NCBI GenBank assembly: GCA_965209155.1
Contig: OZ242383.1
Location: 3,296,001 to 3,360,000 of the forward strand
DNA from: a bacterium
Lineage (GTDB): Bacteria; SAR324; NAC60-12
Direction of reading: 5' to 3'
Length of the DNA stretch: 64,000 nt
The position numbers were made by a program, and so were the translations under genes. The notes beneath the pieces were generated by a model. The model worked only from the letters and a program-made list of their open reading frames with translations. It had not been told where the DNA came from and did not search any database. Shown here in pieces: positions 61,159 through 64,000 of this stretch; within the stretch, counting starts at the first letter, position 1, and the number at the start of each line of letters is the position of its first letter.

Positions 61159-61574
61159 TCGTTGTAGATACAAACGTCATCGCCTATTTTTGGATTCCTG
61201 GTAGTTACACCCGGGATGCAGAGCAGCTCCTTCAAGTTGATCCAGAGTGGAAAGTCCCACTCCTATGGAAATCGGAATTCCGTAATGTTCTCATTAACTA
61301 TATCCGTCATGAGCTTTTAACACTGGATGTCGCCCTGCAAGTGATATCAGATGCTGAAGCACAGTTGAAAGACCATGAGTATTCAGTTATTTCTTCGGAG
61401 GTACTCAAACTATCGAGTGACTCAAAATGTACTGCGTATGATTGTGAATTTGTTGCTCTGGCAGATGATTTGCGGCTACCTTTGATCACGACTGATAAAA
61501 AAATATTATCGGAGTTTCCGAGTGTGGCCCTTTCTATAGCAGATTATCTCGATAGACAAAATGAGAGTGGCTAA
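61155..61574 (+). CDS. vapC: VapC-family PIN toxin
   Basis: IVVDTNVI, EFRNVL, TAYDCEFVALA, LITTD. Confidence 0.9.
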   Translation: MIVVDTNVIAYFWIPGSYTRDAEQLLQVDPEWKVPLLWKSEFRNVLINYIRHELLTLDVALQVISDAEAQLKDHEYSVISSEVLKLSSDSKCTAYDCEFVALADDLRLPLITTDKKILSEFPSVALSIADYLDRQNESG

Positions 61575-61690
61575 CAAATCGTTGCTCCCGATTTTCACCG
61601 TAGTCGGTTCGCTTATCACGCAGAGTGAATTTACAAGTTCTTCGCTCCTTCCCACGTTATGGTGAAAAACGGGAGAACTCGGCGTTCGGC
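61569..61690 (+). mobile_element. Integron attC site 6
   Basis: GGCTAAC (contains vapC stop)-5-GTTGCTCC..TTTTCACC/GGTGAAAA..GGAGAAC-5-GTTCGGC. Confidence 0.88.
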
Positions 61691-62046
61691 TACCCATTGC
61701 CAGTCGAGCGGCTTGTCCGGATCGCACGTGCGTAACGCCACGGCGATGCGCAGATCCTCGCTCGGCTGCGTCGCACCCGGCACAGGTTTGGCAGCATCGA
61801 TCGGATGAATCCACTTTCCATCCTTGCTCTGTGTCGCGTGGAATACGTTGAAGCGCTGCAGCATATCGCCGGGGCCCAGCTCCGGAGTCTCCTTGACCTC
61901 CTCGACTTCGAGGCTCTCCTCGACCCAGGTGACCCCGCTCCAATCGGAAATGTAAAAAGTGCCGCCGCCACGCAGCGAGAGCAGTCTACTCGCACCTGAG
62001 CGCCGGCAGAGGTTAAGGAGCAAGGCAGGTAGGAAAGACATATCTT

Positions 62047-62235
62047 TTGGAATCTTTTGGCAAGGAGTGTTTTCCCCGGTTTCACATCTTTAATTTAGAA
62101 AAGGATGAGAAGCTTGCGCAGTTATTTGAAACGGATTTGAACCCGAAAAGAATCATTCAGGCACTGAATTTCATTTTGGATGAGGAAATAAATCTCGAGA
62201 GCGATCTTTTAATATTTGACGAAATTCAACGAGGT
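62047..62235 (+). pseudogene. AAA ATPase (AAA_14-like) internal fragment
   Basis: FNLEKD...LLIFDEIQ Walker B; no Walker A. Confidence 0.6.
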
Positions 62236-62323
62236 GGGGAATCGATGAAAGGGAATCAATAAATTTTTGAACATTCGAGAGCATAAAGTCCAGTAAGGAC
62301 TTTATCCCATGCAAAATCCGTGT

Positions 62324-63109
62324 TTAAATCGATGGGTTCTCCGAAGATACCTGAATAGTTTCCATTTTTTGTAAAAAAATAAAAAATTCTTTGTTACCGC
62401 TTTTTTTTCCTTCGATTGCCGAATCCGCCCACTTTAATACTTGGAATCCCGCTTCTTGGGCAACTTCGGTAATTTCTGATTTCACTCGTCGATGTACTGC
62501 AGGACTTTTCACAGACCCTCGTTTTTCCACATCAATCTTGCCTGCTTCAAACTGTGGTTTGACTAAGGCGATGACATGGCCCGCGGATTTCAGAAATCGT
62601 GATGCATGTGGAAAAATCTTTTTTAGCGATATGAATGAAGTGTCGATCACAATCAAATCCACCAGTACTCCAATTTGCTCAAATTCCAATGTGCGAATAT
62701 TGCTACGCTCCAGGCAAGTCACCCGGGGATCTTGTCGCAGCTCCCAAGCAAGCTGACCATATCCAACATCCACTGCATAAACATGGCTCACCCCATGGAG
62801 CAATAAGCAATGCGTGAAACCACCCGTCGATGCGCCAATATCCAACGCCGTCATTGCACGGGGGAAGAAACGAAAATTTCGCAAAGCCGCCTCCAGTTTC
62901 ACACCACCCCGGCTTACATAAGGGTGGTCTTTCGCTGAGACGCAGACATCCGCATGGGTTGGGATCAGTTTTCCGGATTTCTCCACCCGCTCGTTAGCGA
63001 CATAAACTTTACCTGCCAGGATCAAGGCTTGAGCTTTTTCGCGGGAAATCGCCAGTTCCCTTTCCACGAGAATCAAGTCGATTCGTTTCTTCAGAGATCG
63101 GTCTCCCAT
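62324..63109 (-). CDS. tlyA: TlyA family rRNA methyltransferase
   Basis: S4 domain RIDLILV..SREKAQ, YVSRGGVKL, DIGASTGGFT, LVKPQFE, GNKEF. Confidence 0.93.
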   Translation of the reverse strand: MGDRSLKKRIDLILVERELAISREKAQALILAGKVYVANERVEKSGKLIPTHADVCVSAKDHPYVSRGGVKLEAALRNFRFFPRAMTALDIGASTGGFTHCLLLHGVSHVYAVDVGYGQLAWELRQDPRVTCLERSNIRTLEFEQIGVLVDLIVIDTSFISLKKIFPHASRFLKSAGHVIALVKPQFEAGKIDVEKRGSVKSPAVHRRVKSEITEVAQEAGFQVLKWADSAIEGKKSGNKEFFIFLQKMETIQVSSENPSI

Positions 63110-63385
63110 TTTTTGAATCGCAGCCCTTGGTTTGTCCGTGTCCAATCGATGACCTCTTTCATACCTGGAAAATGAATGACGCACGCTTATCTTCAAATTG
63201 AAGATCGTTTCCTTTAAAAATATACCAGAACAAATTCGACGGACGAATCGTTTCGGCTCATACTGTAAACGAGACGGCTACAGTGCTTTCCAAATTTTTA
63301 TTTGAAGGTAACCTTCATGGAAAAGTATTCCACCCCGGAGAATGAAAATAATTTCAAAGGGTTATCCCATTATTTTCACGGTAAA

Positions 63386-63470
63386 GTAACTATTCAGGTT
63401 TCTTTAGATCCCCCATTGATTTTAGCACAGGTTTTGCGTGGCATAGAGTCCGGAATGGACTATATGCTCT
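63386..63470 (+). mobile_element. IS66 left-end fragment
   Basis: GTAACTATTCAGGTTTCTTTAGATCCCCCATTGATT matches 18816. Confidence 0.85.
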
Positions 63471-63720
63471 TCCGGCCCTGGAAAAATACTGTATAATCGC
63501 TTTGTAAAAGTTTTTAAAGTTTTTTTGGCACTATTCCATTCCCCGATGACCTTTTCAAATTATCTACATGAGGAGGAAAAGAAATTTTTACATGATTTTC
63601 GGCTCAATAAAACAGGACGACCTTGAAAGAAAATCTTCAGCCCAAGACGATTTCTTGAAAACAAACACAAAAGAACGATGATGGCAAAATCCTGGTAGAT
63701 TTCAGGATCCCCCTCAGTAA

Positions 63721-63896
63721 CCTCATCTATAACAATATGAGGAGGTCAATCGATTATTTGGCTCCTCTTACTCCTATGTGGCGGGTGCTTGTCAAATCCT
63801 GGACTTGATCCTTGCTGCTCTCTGTGTCAGTCCCTGAAAATACTGCGCAAGCCTGCCCTTCCCGGAGCGAAATGCATAGCATTCAGAGCGCATCAT
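63721..63896. repeat. Diverged third copy of the block at 7490-7662 / 35940-36110
   Basis: GAGGTCAATCGATT..GTGCTTGTC..TCTGTGTCAGT..CTGCCCTTCC..GGAGCGAAA shared. Confidence 0.8.
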
Positions 63897-64000
63897 TTCG
63901 CGCTTCACCAGACGCCCAATTGTGCTTTTCACCCAATATTGTGCTAGACTGTCAGTTCATTTTCAGGACACTGGATACTATCGGGTGGGCGAAAGTGACC

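Noticed and set aside
61691..62041. Functional gene in the GC-rich segment
   Set aside because: No recognisable motif; the frame appears cut by the attC junction
1..64000. tRNA, rRNA, integron integrase or prophage genes
   Set aside because: None recognised by eye or in the ORF track

Overview
Almost the whole window (about 1-62.3 kb) is an accessory, mobile-element-rich region that ends at a housekeeping-type tlyA gene. Its backbone is a repeated module: expression leader, family-5 (Opp/Dpp/Nik-like) substrate-binding protein (SBP), permease B, permease C. There are 7 paralogous SBP genes, 6 B-type permeases and 8 full or partial C-type permeases, and no ABC ATPase. The SBP bodies are divergent, but they carry near-identical, combinatorially shuffled leader and signal-peptide blocks of two types. 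Type A has a sigma70 promoter, heptamer repeats and a 111-bp GNRA-hairpin/RBS unit. Type B follows an ECF-like sigma gene whose 3' end and downstream region is a 99/151-bp unit present in 1-4 tandem copies. Between the modules lie six attC-like sites in both orientations with no integrase, mostly directly behind toxin-antitoxin pairs. Also present: IS66 copies whose right ends point into SBP modules, an IS21 inserted inside an attC, IS256, two IS200 elements, a decayed IS110 that keeps a bridge-RNA-like region matching its own flanks, a group II intron inserted in another group II intron, Rpn-family genes, RAYT remnants and a TIR pair. All calls come from reading motifs and comparing copies by eye; no database searches were run.
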